A program made the position numbers and the translations under genes. 64,000 nucleotides of DNA from SAR11 cluster bacterium PRT-SC02 (GTDB lineage: Bacteria > Pseudomonadota > Alphaproteobacteria > Pelagibacterales > Pelagibacteraceae): positions 10,989 to 74,988 of the forward strand of contig JPUP01000096.1 of assembly GCA_001321855.1 (NCBI GenBank), written 5' to 3'. Position 1 is the stretch's first letter, and every line of letters starts with the position of its first letter. Below the pieces are notes generated by a model. That model searched no databases and was not told where the DNA came from. It was given only the letters and a program-made list of their open reading frames with translations. Positions 10,605-23,277 of this stretch are shown one piece after another.

Positions 10605-11999
10605 TTATTCTTCTAATAATAGACTTTTGATTTGAGCAATGTTTTTTGCCATTTCTTCATCTTTGTCCCTTAAGCGTGTAATTGTTTTAACAGCATGTAT
10701 AACTGTTGTGTGATCTCTGTTAGCAAATCTTCTACCAATTTCAGGTAAAGATCTAGTAGTCATTTTTTTTGCTAGATACATTGCTATTTGTCTTGGTCTA
10801 GCTAATGGTCTAGATCGTCTTTGTGACAACATCTCACTTAATTGTATATTATAAAAATTTGATACTGTATTTTGGATTTTATCCACTGTAATGACTTTAG
10901 TTTGATTGAGAACATCTTTAAGTAAATTTTTACACTCAGTTATATTCAGCTCTTTTTTGTGTACTCTACCAAAAGCTATAATTCTGTTGAGGATGCCTAT
11001 GAGCTCTCTAATATTCATTTTTCCATAACCAGCCAAAAAGTTTATTATTTCTTCAGAGATCAAAATCTCTTCTTTGAACTGATTTTTAATTTCTAAAATC
11101 TTTTGTTTTATAATATTTATTTTTAATTCTAAATCTGGGATATCTATATCAACTACTAACCCTCCTGAAAGTCTAGATTTTATTCTCTCTTGCACTCTAT
11201 CTAGTTTAGTTGGTGCCCTATCAGCTGAAATTATTATTTGGGATCCCTTGTCGATTAAACTATTAAAAGTATGAAAAAACTCCTCTTGTAGGCTCTCTTT
11301 ACCTCTTATAAATTGTATATCATCGATTATAAAAACAGAGGATTTTCTGAAAAAATCTTTAAAATTCACCATATCATTTTTCTTTATTGACTTTATGAAA
11401 TGGTACATGAACCTTTCCGCAGAAATAAACATTACATTATTATTGTTTTGCATTTCAAGGCCCATTGCATTCAAAAGGTGAGTCTTGCCTAAGCCTACTC
11501 CTCCATAAATGTACAAAGGATTATATCTTGCTGGATATTCACACACTTTTTTTGAATATGATAACGCTACATCATTACTTTTGCCTTTTACAAAAGTTTC
11601 AAAATTTAGGCTTCGATTTAGCCTGTTATAATTTAAAACTGAGTCTTTTATCTCTGTTATGTTCAATTTATTATTGTATTTTGAAGATAGGTTTTCTACG
11701 CTTTTTGCGCTCTCTGTAATTTTAAATTCAATACGGTTAATGCTAATTTTAAATTTTTTCAGCTCAGACAATATTTTATCGAGGTATCTAGAAACTATCC
11801 AATCTCTAAAAAATCTAGTTGGAACTCCTAGTATTAAATGGTCATGAAATTCCTTCTCTAGAGAAATATTCTTAAGCCAACTATTATATATTTCTTCTCC
11901 AAAGTTTTTTGCAAATGCGTTTTGAATTTCTGTCCAATTAAGAATTTTTTCTTCTTCTGCCGCAAATATTTTGTTTGTTTTAAAAGAATTTTTTTCCAT
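10605..11999 (-). CDS. dnaA: Chromosomal replication initiator DnaA
   Basis: YNPLYIYGGVGLGKTHLL, IDDIQF, QEEFFHTFN, RPRQIAMYL, RDHTTVIHA. Confidence 0.97.
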   Translation of the reverse strand: MEKNSFKTNKIFAAEEEKILNWTEIQNAFAKNFGEEIYNSWLKNISLEKEFHDHLILGVPTRFFRDWIVSRYLDKILSELKKFKISINRIEFKITESAKSVENLSSKYNNKLNITEIKDSVLNYNRLNRSLNFETFVKGKSNDVALSYSKKVCEYPARYNPLYIYGGVGLGKTHLLNAMGLEMQNNNNVMFISAERFMYHFIKSIKKNDMVNFKDFFRKSSVFIIDDIQFIRGKESLQEEFFHTFNSLIDKGSQIIISADRAPTKLDRVQERIKSRLSGGLVVDIDIPDLELKINIIKQKILEIKNQFKEEILISEEIINFLAGYGKMNIRELIGILNRIIAFGRVHKKELNITECKNLLKDVLNQTKVITVDKIQNTVSNFYNIQLSEMLSQRRSRPLARPRQIAMYLAKKMTTRSLPEIGRRFANRDHTTVIHAVKTITRLRDKDEEMAKNIAQIKSLLLEE

Positions 12000-12310
12000 G
12001 ATTAAAATTAAAAGAAACTAATATAAATCCTCAAATCAAATATAATTCAAGATTTATTTTTCTTTTTCAAAAAAAAAATTACATTGGGTTGTATAGTTAG
12101 CGTTATGAGAGAAAAAAATTCTCAATCAGTAAGAGAATAAATTAAAAAAATTTTAAAACCTATTCGTGAATATTAAACCTAAAATTTTTTTTATTTTCAA
12201 TTAAAGTTAGAAATTTTAAATCAATATTTTATATTTAGAAAAAATAGGTTTTTAATAACTATATTTAGATTTACTCAAATCTGTTTTTAATCAACCTTGA
12301 ATTGATTATT

Positions 12311-12562
12311 TTATAATTTTTTTGAAATTTTTGAAATTTTTCTTGAGGCTCTTTTTTTATTAATTACACCTGATTTAGCAACCTGCATTAGAACTGATTG
12401 AAATTCAGAGTAAAATTTCTTTGCTTTATCTTTTTCCCCATTTTTTACATACGCCTCCATTTTTTTAATGGCAGATTTGTATTTACTTTTTCTTATTTTA
12501 TTGACTAGGGATTGGTTTTTAACCCTTCTTACTCTTCTAATTGCAGACGCTGTATTTGGCAT
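12311..12562 (-). CDS. rpsT: 30S ribosomal protein S20
   Basis: MPNTASAIRRVR...GVINKKRASRKIS; upstream of dnaA as in other alphaproteobacteria. Confidence 0.93.
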   Translation of the reverse strand: MPNTASAIRRVRRVKNQSLVNKIRKSKYKSAIKKMEAYVKNGEKDKAKKFYSEFQSVLMQVAKSGVINKKRASRKISKISKKL

Positions 12563-12573
12563 ATAATAATAAA

Positions 12574-12602
12574 CCTATATATTGCCTAAAAATAGCGGTC
12601 AA
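12574..12602 (-). promoter_or_regulatory. Putative sigma70 promoter of rpsT
   Basis: Minus strand TTGACC-N17-TATAGG just upstream of the rpsT start. Confidence 0.45.
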
Positions 12603-12606
12603 CTTT

Positions 12607-13470
12607 TTATTTCTGGCATTTTTCACAATAAAAAGATGACCGATTAGCAATGCGATTTCTTTTTATTACTGATTTATCATTACATCTGAAACAATGTAAT
12701 CCACTTCTAGAGTAAACCTTAAAATTATCTACTTGAAAATTACCTTTAGAACCAGATATGTTGATAAAATCTCTAATAGAAGAACCACCAAGTTTAATTG
12801 ATTTTTTTAGAATAGATTTTGTATTACTTAAAATTTTAAAAATATCATAATTTTTAAGTTTATTAATTTTTTTAAACGGATTGACGCCGCTTGCAAATAA
12901 AATTTCATTCACATAAATATTTCCAAGACCTGCAACAAATTTTTGGTCCATTAATAGATCTTTTATTGATCTATTCTTATTCTTTATAAAGTTTTTAAAA
13001 TATTTTGCAGTGAAGTTTTTAGATAATGGCTCTGGGCCAATATTCTTAATATGGCTACTTTCGTATACATTTGATTTTTGAAATATTTTTATGAAACCAA
13101 ACTTTCTTACATCATTAAAAATTAATCGTAAATTGTTATTAAATATAAATATAACATGATCATGCTTCTTTTCTTTTTGGTTATTATGATAAAAACTGAG
13201 ATTTAAAGATACATTTTTTTTTCGAAAAAAAAATTTTCCTGTCATGCCTAAATGTATAAGCATAGAAAGATTTGAAGAAAAAAATATAATTATATATTTT
13301 GATCGTCTTCTAATTTCAGTGATTTTTTTATTTTTAATTAATCTAAACTTATTTTTGTCTAATATATATCTAAGTTTATTAGTTTTTATAATGACTTTTT
13401 TTATAGATAGATTAATTATCCCTCTTTTAAGAGACCTTTTAACAACTTCAACTTCTGGCAATTCTGGCAT
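12607..13470 (-). CDS. mutM: Formamidopyrimidine-DNA glycosylase
   Basis: MPELPEVE, HLGMTG, GLGNIYVNE, C-terminal zinc finger CFRC...CEKCQ. Confidence 0.96.
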   Translation of the reverse strand: MPELPEVEVVKRSLKRGIINLSIKKVIIKTNKLRYILDKNKFRLIKNKKITEIRRRSKYIIIFFSSNLSMLIHLGMTGKFFFRKKNVSLNLSFYHNNQKEKKHDHVIFIFNNNLRLIFNDVRKFGFIKIFQKSNVYESSHIKNIGPEPLSKNFTAKYFKNFIKNKNRSIKDLLMDQKFVAGLGNIYVNEILFASGVNPFKKINKLKNYDIFKILSNTKSILKKSIKLGGSSIRDFINISGSKGNFQVDNFKVYSRSGLHCFRCNDKSVIKRNRIANRSSFYCEKCQK

Positions 13471-13481
13471 ATAATTTTTCT

Positions 13482-14186
13482 ATGAAAATCTATAATCCGC
13501 AAAAAAAAAAACTAGTCAACTCTGTATTTAAAAAAGTTTCTAAAAACTACGATTTGATGAATGATATTATGTCATTTGGAATTCATAGGTTGTGGAAACG
13601 AAATTTAATTGAATGGATGGGGCCTCAAAATAATACTAGACTAATTGATGTTGCATCTGGAACTGGAGATTTAGCTAAACTTTTTTCATTAAAATTAAAT
13701 AATGATTGTGATGTTGATTGCATTGAACCTAATATGAACATGTTAGAAAATGGAAAAAATAAATTAAAAAAATTTAAAAATATTAATTGGCATATGAGCC
13801 CTGCGGAAAAATTACCATTTCCTGATGAGTCATTCGATTATTATACTATAAGTTTTGGAATTCGAAATGTTGACGAAATTAGTTTAGTTATCAAAGAAGC
13901 ACATAGAGTTTTAAAAGTTGGTGGAAAATTTTTTTGTCTTGAATTTTCAAAAATTGAAAATGAAATTTTTAATAGTTTTTATAAACAGTACTCAAAAATA
14001 TTACCTAAAATTGGAAAGCTTGTGGTAGGCGATAGCGCTCCGTATGATTACTTAGTCAAAAGTATAGGAACTTTTTATAATCAAGAAGAATTGAAAAATT
14101 TAATAAAAAACAACGGTTTTTCAGATGTAGAGTTTAGAAATCTTTCTGGAGGTATTTCTGCTATACATATGGGATGGAAGATATAA
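13482..14186 (+). CDS. ubiE: Ubiquinone/menaquinone C-methyltransferase
   Basis: YDLMNDIMSFGIHRLWK, DVASGTGD, FGIRNV, CLEFS; adjacent to ubiB. Confidence 0.93.
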   Translation: MKIYNPQKKKLVNSVFKKVSKNYDLMNDIMSFGIHRLWKRNLIEWMGPQNNTRLIDVASGTGDLAKLFSLKLNNDCDVDCIEPNMNMLENGKNKLKKFKNINWHMSPAEKLPFPDESFDYYTISFGIRNVDEISLVIKEAHRVLKVGGKFFCLEFSKIENEIFNSFYKQYSKILPKIGKLVVGDSAPYDYLVKSIGTFYNQEELKNLIKNNGFSDVEFRNLSGGISAIHMGWKI

Positions 14187-14187
14187 A

Positions 14188-15753
14188 ATGTTTAAAAGAG
14201 TATTTCAACTATTTAAAATAGGAAGAAAATTTGCATCCTCTGGTGCGCTAATTACAATAAATAAAATTTATAAGTTGCCAATCTCAATTCGAATCCTTTT
14301 TGATTTTTTGTCTATAGGAACCAAAAAGAAAAATTTAGATAATACCAAAACATCTGGTCAAAAATTGTGTGACTCCTTACAGGAAATGGGTACTACCTTT
14401 ATTAAACTAGGTCAATTTTTAGCAACTAGACCTGATATAATAGGTCAATCTTTGGCTAACGATTTAGAAAGACTTCAAGATAAACTTCCACCTTTTAGTA
14501 AAACTGTTTCAGAAAATATTATTAAAAAAGAAATCGGAATAAAAAATTTTGAAAAGATAAGTAATTTAAGTAATCCAATTGCTGCTGCTTCAATTGCTCA
14601 AGTCCACCTAGCCACAATTATAGAAGAAAACAAGGAAAGACAAGTTGCCATCAAAATATTAAGGCCAAATATAGAAAAAGTTTTCAACGAAGAGTTGGAT
14701 GCACTTATGTTGTTAGCATATTTAATTGAGAGCACAATTAAAAAGTCTAAAAGATTAAAATTAGTTGAGGTAGTACACTTGTTAAAAGAAATTACAAATA
14801 TAGAAATGGATCTGCGCTTTGAAGCTGCTGCAGCAAATGAACTTTATGAAAATACAAAAAATGATATTGGGTTTAATGTTCCAAAAATATACTGGAACTT
14901 TACGTCAAAGCGTATGTTAACTCTAGATAAGGTTGATGGCGTATCCATACGCGAACAAGAAAAATTAGAAAAAAAAGGAATTAAATTAAAAAATTTAGCT
15001 GAAAAATTAATTCAACATTTTTTAAAACAAGCTGTAAGAGATGGTTTCTTTCATGGGGATATGCACCAAGGTAATCTTTTTGTTGATAACGAAGGAAATA
15101 TAATTCCAGTCGATTTTGGGATAATGGGTAGATTAGATGAAAATAATAGAAAATATTTAGCTGAAATTCTTTACGGTTTTATACAAAGAGATTACACAAA
15201 AGTTGCAGAAGTTCATTTTCAAGCAGGCTTGGTTCCTAAAAATGCGTCAAAAAACGAATTTGCTCAAGCCTTAAGATCAGTAGGAGAGCCTATTTTTGGT
15301 CAATCTATTAAGGATATTTCAGGTGGTAATCTTTTATCACAATTGTTTGAAATCACAGAAAAATTTAATATGGCAACACAGACTCAATTATTATTACTGC
15401 AAAAAACGATGGTGGTTGTCGAGGGAGTTGCGCGAAAACTTTATCCTGAGGCCAATATATGGAATATATCCAAACCAATTTTGGAAGATTGGATTAAAAA
15501 ATATAAAAGTCCAAAGTCCACAATTGATAAAGCAATAAACACATCTCAGGAGATAATTAAAAGAGTGCCGGATCTTCCAAATTTTATTGATAAAGCAAAT
15601 TATGCTCTTCAATTAATTGCTGAGGGAAAGCTAAACTTAGTTAATCAGGATCATAACTCAATTGAAATGGAAAAACTTAAGATAAAAAGCTTTAGAAACA
15701 ATGTTACTATAACTTTTTTATCAGTTGTAATTTTAGGTTTAATAGTATTTTAA
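14188..15753 (+). CDS. ubiB: Ubiquinone biosynthesis kinase-like protein UbiB
   Basis: FIKLGQFLATRPD, AAASIAQVH, VAIKILRP, GFFHGDMHQGN, DFGIMG. Confidence 0.95.
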   Translation: MFKRVFQLFKIGRKFASSGALITINKIYKLPISIRILFDFLSIGTKKKNLDNTKTSGQKLCDSLQEMGTTFIKLGQFLATRPDIIGQSLANDLERLQDKLPPFSKTVSENIIKKEIGIKNFEKISNLSNPIAAASIAQVHLATIIEENKERQVAIKILRPNIEKVFNEELDALMLLAYLIESTIKKSKRLKLVEVVHLLKEITNIEMDLRFEAAAANELYENTKNDIGFNVPKIYWNFTSKRMLTLDKVDGVSIREQEKLEKKGIKLKNLAEKLIQHFLKQAVRDGFFHGDMHQGNLFVDNEGNIIPVDFGIMGRLDENNRKYLAEILYGFIQRDYTKVAEVHFQAGLVPKNASKNEFAQALRSVGEPIFGQSIKDISGGNLLSQLFEITEKFNMATQTQLLLLQKTMVVVEGVARKLYPEANIWNISKPILEDWIKKYKSPKSTIDKAINTSQEIIKRVPDLPNFIDKANYALQLIAEGKLNLVNQDHNSIEMEKLKIKSFRNNVTITFLSVVILGLIVF

Positions 15754-15759
15754 TTAATA

Positions 15760-16983
15760 ATGCGTACGAAAAAAAAAATCCTATTAATAATTTGTGGTGG
15801 TATCGCTGCATATAAATCTTTAGATTTAATAAGATTGCTCCTAAGAAAAAAGTATGAAGTAAAGACAATTCTCACCAAAAGTGGAAAAAAATTTATTACA
15901 CCTTTATCTTTAACGACACTAACTAAAGACAAACCTTATCAGAATCTTTTTGGTGCAAATGATAATTCAAAAATTGATCATATATCATTATCAAGATGGG
16001 CTGATATGATCTTGGTTTTACCTACAACTGCGAATTTTATGAGTAAATTAAACAAAGGTATGTGCAATGACTTAGCTTCAACAGTAATTTTGGCATCAAA
16101 CAAAGACATTTTTTTAGTTCCTGCGATGAATGTAAGAATGTGGATTCATCCAGCTACGCAAAAAAATTACAAAGATCTAATTGGTTATGGCTATAAATTT
16201 ATTGGTCCTGAAAATGGTGAAATGGCCTGTGGAGAATATGGAAAGGGTAAAATGTCAAGCCCAAGACAAATATTTGCAGTAATACAAAACTACTTTAGAA
16301 ATAAAAATAAATTTAAAGAAAAAAAAATTAAAGTTTTAATTACAGCAGGACCTACAAGAGAATATATTGACTCTGTAAGATTTATTTCTAATGAGTCTAG
16401 CGGTAAGCAAGGTTATGAACTTGCTAAATGTTTTAAAAAACTTGGTATTGATACTACTCTTATCTTAGGTCCTACAAGCCTAGATGTGGAAGATGAAATT
16501 AAAACTAAAAATGTAATATCGGCAGACCAAATGTTGGATGTTGTAAAAAAAAGCCTTCCTGTTGATATAGCTATTTGCGTAGCTGCTGTCTCTGATTTTA
16601 AGCCATTAAAATTCCAAAATGGAAAAATAAAAAACTCAAAAACGTTAAAAAACTTAAAACTTGAAAAAAATCCTGATATTCTAGAATATTTAGGAAAAAC
16701 AAATAAAAATAGACCAAAAATAGTTGTGGGTTTCTCAGCAGAAACTCAGAATATTGACAAAAATTCTGAAGAAAAATTAAGAAACAAAAACTGTGATATG
16801 ATAATTTCTAACGACGTTTCCAAGAAAAATTTTGGATTTAATAGTGATTTTAATAAAATCTCAATTATTGACTCGAATGGAAAAAAGCTAAAATTTAATA
16901 AGAATAAAAAAAATTATCTTGCGTATGTTATAGCACGTGAAATTTTGAATAAGTTTTTATCTGATGATAAAAGTCTTAATTAA
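15760..16983 (+). CDS. coaBC: Phosphopantothenoylcysteine decarboxylase/synthetase
   Basis: GGIAAYKS, PAMNVRMW, MACGEYG, TAGPTREYID, SSGKQG, GFSAET. Confidence 0.95.
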   Translation: MRTKKKILLIICGGIAAYKSLDLIRLLLRKKYEVKTILTKSGKKFITPLSLTTLTKDKPYQNLFGANDNSKIDHISLSRWADMILVLPTTANFMSKLNKGMCNDLASTVILASNKDIFLVPAMNVRMWIHPATQKNYKDLIGYGYKFIGPENGEMACGEYGKGKMSSPRQIFAVIQNYFRNKNKFKEKKIKVLITAGPTREYIDSVRFISNESSGKQGYELAKCFKKLGIDTTLILGPTSLDVEDEIKTKNVISADQMLDVVKKSLPVDIAICVAAVSDFKPLKFQNGKIKNSKTLKNLKLEKNPDILEYLGKTNKNRPKIVVGFSAETQNIDKNSEEKLRNKNCDMIISNDVSKKNFGFNSDFNKISIIDSNGKKLKFNKNKKNYLAYVIAREILNKFLSDDKSLN

Positions 16984-17404
16984 AAGGAAAAATAAAAATA
17001 TAAAATTACCTAAATATGAAACCCCAGGTGCGTCTGGGCTTGATATTTGTGCTTGTATAGATAAAAATATAACTTTAAAAAAACATAAAACGGCAGTTAT
17101 ACCAACTGGTTTATTCTTATCTATTCCAGAAGGTTATGAAATTCAGATAAGACCGCGTTCAGGCTTAGCCGCAAAAAAACATATAACGGTTTTAAATACC
17201 CCAGGGACTATAGATAGTGATTATAGAGGTGAAATAAAGGTAGTTTTAATTAATCTCGGAGAACAAGATTTTGAAATTGAAAATGGTATAAGAATAGCAC
17301 AAATGGTTATTTCTCCGGTTGTTAAAGCCGAATTAGAAGAAGTAGATCAAGTATCTAAAACGTTAAGAAATAAGGGAGGATTTGGATCGACGGGCTTAAA
17401 ATGA
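16964..17404 (+). CDS. dut: dUTP diphosphatase
   Basis: ASGLD, QIRPRSGLA, PGTIDSDYRGEI, RIAQM, GGFGSTG. Confidence 0.96.
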   Translation: MIKVLIKRKNKNIKLPKYETPGASGLDICACIDKNITLKKHKTAVIPTGLFLSIPEGYEIQIRPRSGLAAKKHITVLNTPGTIDSDYRGEIKVVLINLGEQDFEIENGIRIAQMVISPVVKAELEEVDQVSKTLRNKGGFGSTGLK

Positions 17405-18144
17405 ATAAAATTTCTAATATAGATTTAAAAAGATTTTCTCGTCAGATAATTTTAAAAGATGTTGGTGTTCACGGCCAAAAAAGAATTTTAAAGTCTAAAG
17501 TTCTTATAATAGGTTTAGGAGGCTTGGGATGTCCACTTGCACTGTATCTTGCAAACTCAGGGGTAAAAAATTTCGGTTTTGTTGACTCGGATAAAGTTGA
17601 AATTTCGAACTTGAGTAGACAAATACTATATAATTTCAAAGATATTGGAAAATTAAAAGTTACTCAAGCAAAGGAAAATATACTTAAATATTTTACAAAT
17701 TTGAAAATAAAAATATACAATTCAAAAATTAATCCCTCAAATATCAAAAATATTTTTAAACAATATGATATTATATGTGATGGCACAGATAATTTTGAGA
17801 GCAGGTATCTAATTAATGATTATTCTAAAAAATCAAAAAAAATATTAATTTCTGCTGCTATTAGTAAAAACGATGGTCATTTATTTAAATTTAATTTTAA
17901 AAAAAAATCACCTTGTCTAAGATGTTTCATGCCTGAAATTCCAACAAATAATAGTTGCGATGCAGAAGGAATTTTATCAACTACAGCCGGAGTTTTAGGC
18001 ACTTTACAAGCTAACGAGGTTATTAAAACTATATTAAACGCAGACAAGGATTTGGCTGGAAATATGTTAATTTTTAGAGGACAAGAAAATTTTTTAAAGA
18101 AAATAAAAATTAATGTTAATCCAAAGTGTATAAACAAATGTTAA
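17401..18144 (+). CDS. HesA/MoeB/ThiF family adenylyltransferase
   Basis: RFSRQI, GLGGLG, DKVEISNLSRQ, DGTDNF, PCLRC. Confidence 0.9.
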   Translation: MNKISNIDLKRFSRQIILKDVGVHGQKRILKSKVLIIGLGGLGCPLALYLANSGVKNFGFVDSDKVEISNLSRQILYNFKDIGKLKVTQAKENILKYFTNLKIKIYNSKINPSNIKNIFKQYDIICDGTDNFESRYLINDYSKKSKKILISAAISKNDGHLFKFNFKKKSPCLRCFMPEIPTNNSCDAEGILSTTAGVLGTLQANEVIKTILNADKDLAGNMLIFRGQENFLKKIKINVNPKCINKC

Positions 18145-18581
18145 AACATACTTTTTTTATATTATTATTTTTATTTTCGACTAATGCATTTTCAGATGAA
18201 GAATATTTCTTAACTTTAAGAAATGAAACCGTCAACCTAAGACAAGGTCCGTCTTTTGACCACCCGATTAAGATTTTTTATAAAAAAAAATTTTTACCTG
18301 TTCTTGTTCAAGATAAATTTGAAAATTTTAGAAAAACTAGAGATCATGAAAATAATACTGGATGGATACATGTTTCTCAACTATCTAAAAAAAAAGCAGC
18401 TATTAATATAAGCGAGAATTTAATACTGTTTAAGAAGCCCACAATATTTTCTGAACCACAAGCAATTTTAGAAAAAGGTAAATTATGTATTATAAAAAAA
18501 TGCAAACAAGAATGGTGTAAAGTAGTTGTCTCTAAATATTCAGGATGGGTCAAAAAAGAGAGTTTGTGGGGAAAACTATAA
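18138..18581 (+). CDS. Exported bacterial SH3-domain protein
   Basis: Signal peptide, VNLRQGPS, GWIHVSQLS, WCKV...GWV...LWG; start taken at ATG 18138. Confidence 0.8.
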   Translation: MLKHTFFILLFLFSTNAFSDEEYFLTLRNETVNLRQGPSFDHPIKIFYKKKFLPVLVQDKFENFRKTRDHENNTGWIHVSQLSKKKAAINISENLILFKKPTIFSEPQAILEKGKLCIIKKCKQEWCKVVVSKYSGWVKKESLWGKL

Positions 18582-18589
18582 TATTGTTT

Positions 18590-18831
18590 TCAAGATTTGA
18601 TTTTTGAAGCCCAAAATTTATCTAATAAAAAATACCAAACTGAATTTGCTAATGGTTCTACAATAGCATCTGTTAGGGCTATTAAAAAAGATACATCTGC
18701 GACTAACATAAGAACTGTTATTGCAATAGCAAAGTGTCCAATCGTGTATACAATTGTTCTTAATATAGAGCCTTTATTATTTGAATAAATTTTCTTTGAA
18801 GCCTCGAATATACCTGAGGTGAATTCTGTCA

Positions 18832-18832
<1 letters not shown>
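18590..18832 (-). CDS. Small membrane protein, DUF2061-like
   Basis: Two hydrophobic segments with YTIGHF and EPLANSVWYFLLDKFW; TAATG coupling to katG. Confidence 0.7.
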
Positions 18833-21006
<2,174 letters not shown>

Positions 21007-21027
21007 TCAGAATATATTAAAAGCTAG

Positions 21028-21044
21028 TTTATAATTATTCTAAA
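21028..21044. promoter_or_regulatory. Irr ICE-like (also Per-box-like) operator upstream of katG
   Basis: TTTATAA-TTA-TTCTAAA, one mismatch from TTTAGAA-N3-TTCTAAA, 24 nt upstream of the katG ATG. Confidence 0.65.
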
Positions 21045-21061
21045 GTGAGGTCAATATTATT

Positions 21062-21475
21062 TTACAGTTTTTGCAAACTTATTACTACTTCAAGATTTTT
21101 TATTTTTTTTCCTTTGGGAGGATTTGGTATTTTACTTAGTTTCACTTTCTGATAATCAATATCAGTTAGCTCTTTTGTCTCATCATCATAAAAATGATGA
21201 TGCGACCTAATGTTAGTATCATAATAACTTTTTGTATTACTTGTTAAGATTTTTTTTAGATGTCCAGCCTTTTTAAACGCTTCTACGGTATTGTATATCG
21301 TTGCTAATGAAATTTTTTTATTTCCGTTTTTATTGATTTCTCTATTGAGAGTTTCAACTGTAAAATGAAAAGTATTATCTCTTTCGAATAAATTTTTTGC
21401 TATTAATATTCTTTGATTTGTGGGTCTTAAACCTGAAGTTCTTAGTTTATTTGCTATATTTTTTTTAATACTCAT
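21062..21475 (-). CDS. irr: Fur-family regulator, Irr-like
   Basis: GLRPTNQRI, HFTVE, ISLATIYNT, YYDTN..HHHFYD; divergent from fabA, the usual alphaproteobacterial irr context. Confidence 0.82.
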   Translation of the reverse strand: MSIKKNIANKLRTSGLRPTNQRILIAKNLFERDNTFHFTVETLNREINKNGNKKISLATIYNTVEAFKKAGHLKKILTSNTKSYYDTNIRSHHHFYDDETKELTDIDYQKVKLSKIPNPPKGKKIKNLEVVISLQKL

Positions 21476-21561
21476 AAATTCTTTTTGTAAAAACGCTTAA
21501 TTAATATAAATTATTTATATTAAATTGTATATAAATCAAGTAAAACAAATATCTTAATTAT

Positions 21562-22065
21562 ATGGAGAAAAATAGTTACGATTATAATGACCTAATCTCA
21601 TGCGGAAAAGGTGATCTGTTTGGCGAGGGTAATGCTAAACTTCCTTTACCTCCCATGCTCATGTTTGACAGAATAACAGAAATTAAAAAAGATATAGGAG
21701 AGTTTAAAAAAGGTTTTATTAAAGCAGAGCTAGATATAAAAGATAATTTATGGTTTTTTGATTGTCATTTTCAAAATGATCCGGTTATGCCAGGTTGTCT
21801 AGGTTTAGATGCAATGTGGCAACTAGTTGGTTTTTACTTAGGTTGGATTGGTGAGCCAGGGAAAGGGAGAGCTTTAGGAGTAAGTTCTGTTAAATTTACA
21901 GGTGAAGTTTTAAAAAGAGTTAAAATGGCTACATATGAGATTAATATGAAGAGAATTTTGAAGAAAGAAGGAGCTGCAGTAGGTTTAGCAAATGGTATAC
22001 TAAGTGCTGATGGGAAAATTATATATACTGCAGAAAATTTAAAAGTGGGATTGTTTAAATCATGA
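21562..22065 (+). CDS. fabA: 3-hydroxyacyl-ACP dehydratase/isomerase
   Basis: [42 protein letters not shown]. Confidence 0.96.
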   Translation: MEKNSYDYNDLISCGKGDLFGEGNAKLPLPPMLMFDRITEIKKDIGEFKKGFIKAELDIKDNLWFFDCHFQNDPVMPGCLGLDAMWQLVGFYLGWIGEPGKGRALGVSSVKFTGEVLKRVKMATYEINMKRILKKEGAAVGLANGILSADGKIIYTAENLKVGLFKS

Positions 22066-23273
22066 AGAGAGTAGTAGTAACAGGAATTGGGATTGTCTCT
22101 TGTTTGGGTAATAATCAACAAGAAGTTTTTAATTCTCTAATAAACTCAAAATCTGGAATAACATTTGCTGAAGAATATAAAGAATATAATTTAAAAAGTA
22201 ATGTTCATGGAAAACCAAATATCAAACTTGAGGATCATGTGGACAGAAAATTTATTAGATTTATGGGTCCTGGATCAGCATATAACTACATTTCAATGAA
22301 TGAGGCTGTTAAAGATTCTGGTTTAGAAGATAAAGATGTAAGTAATATTTCAACTGGGATGATCATGGGTTCTGGTGGGCCTTCAATAGAAAATGTAATT
22401 TTGGCTGCTGACAAAACTAGAGAGAAAATTCCAAAAAGAATGGGACCTTTTGTTGTTCCTAGAACAATGTCTAGTACGGCTTCAGCAACATTAGCAGTAC
22501 CTTTTAAGATCAAAGGTGTTAATTATACAATTAGTTCTGCATGTGCTACTAGTGGACATTGTATTGGAAATGCAATGGAGTTGATACAGCTTGGCAAACA
22601 AAAAATTATCTTTGCAGGTGGAAGTGATGAGGTTCATTTTGCTATGACTGCAATGTTTGATGCAATGACTGCTTTATCTTCAAAATACAACGATACTCCA
22701 GAAAAAGCGTCTAGACCTTATGATAAAACTAGAGATGGATTTGTGATATCGGGTGGTGGTGGAGTTTTAGTTTTGGAGGAATATGAGCATGCAAAAGCGA
22801 GAGGGGCAAAAATTTACGCAGAGTTAAGTGGTTATGGAGCAACATCAGATGGATACGACATGGTCGCGCCATCTGGTGAAGGAGCAGTCAGATGTATGAA
22901 AATGGCTTTAAGCACAGCGAAAAATAAAATTGACTATATTAATACACACGGAACATCTACACCAGTTGGTGATATAACTGAATTAAAAGCAGTAGGGGAA
23001 GTGTTTAAAAATTACAAACCAAAAATCAGTTCAACAAAATCTTTAGCGGGCCATTCTTTAGGGGCTACATCAGTACATGAAGCAATATATAGTTTAATAA
23101 TGATGAAAAATAAATTTATCGCCTCTTCAGCAAATATATCGGATATGGATGAAGAAGCAAAAAAATACCCAATTATTACTCAAGTTGAAAAAGATGTTGC
23201 TTTGAACTCAATAATGTCCAATAGTTTTGGATTTGGTGGAACTAATGCGACTTTAGTATTTGAGAAAGTATAA
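22062..23273 (+). CDS. fabB: Beta-ketoacyl-ACP synthase I
   Basis: [39 protein letters not shown]. Confidence 0.95.
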   Translation: MKRVVVTGIGIVSCLGNNQQEVFNSLINSKSGITFAEEYKEYNLKSNVHGKPNIKLEDHVDRKFIRFMGPGSAYNYISMNEAVKDSGLEDKDVSNISTGMIMGSGGPSIENVILAADKTREKIPKRMGPFVVPRTMSSTASATLAVPFKIKGVNYTISSACATSGHCIGNAMELIQLGKQKIIFAGGSDEVHFAMTAMFDAMTALSSKYNDTPEKASRPYDKTRDGFVISGGGGVLVLEEYEHAKARGAKIYAELSGYGATSDGYDMVAPSGEGAVRCMKMALSTAKNKIDYINTHGTSTPVGDITELKAVGEVFKNYKPKISSTKSLAGHSLGATSVHEAIYSLIMMKNKFIASSANISDMDEEAKKYPIITQVEKDVALNSIMSNSFGFGGTNATLVFEKV

Positions 23274-23277
23274 TTTT

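Noticed and set aside
12142-12156. TTAA-N7-TTAA as a CtrA box
   Set aside because: Lacks the terminal C, is expected by chance in such AT-rich DNA, and no ctrA is visible in the window
12000-12310. Calling oriC in the rpsT-dnaA spacer
   Set aside because: No perfect or clustered DnaA boxes seen, GC skew cannot be computed here, and alphaproteobacterial origins are often unlinked from dnaA
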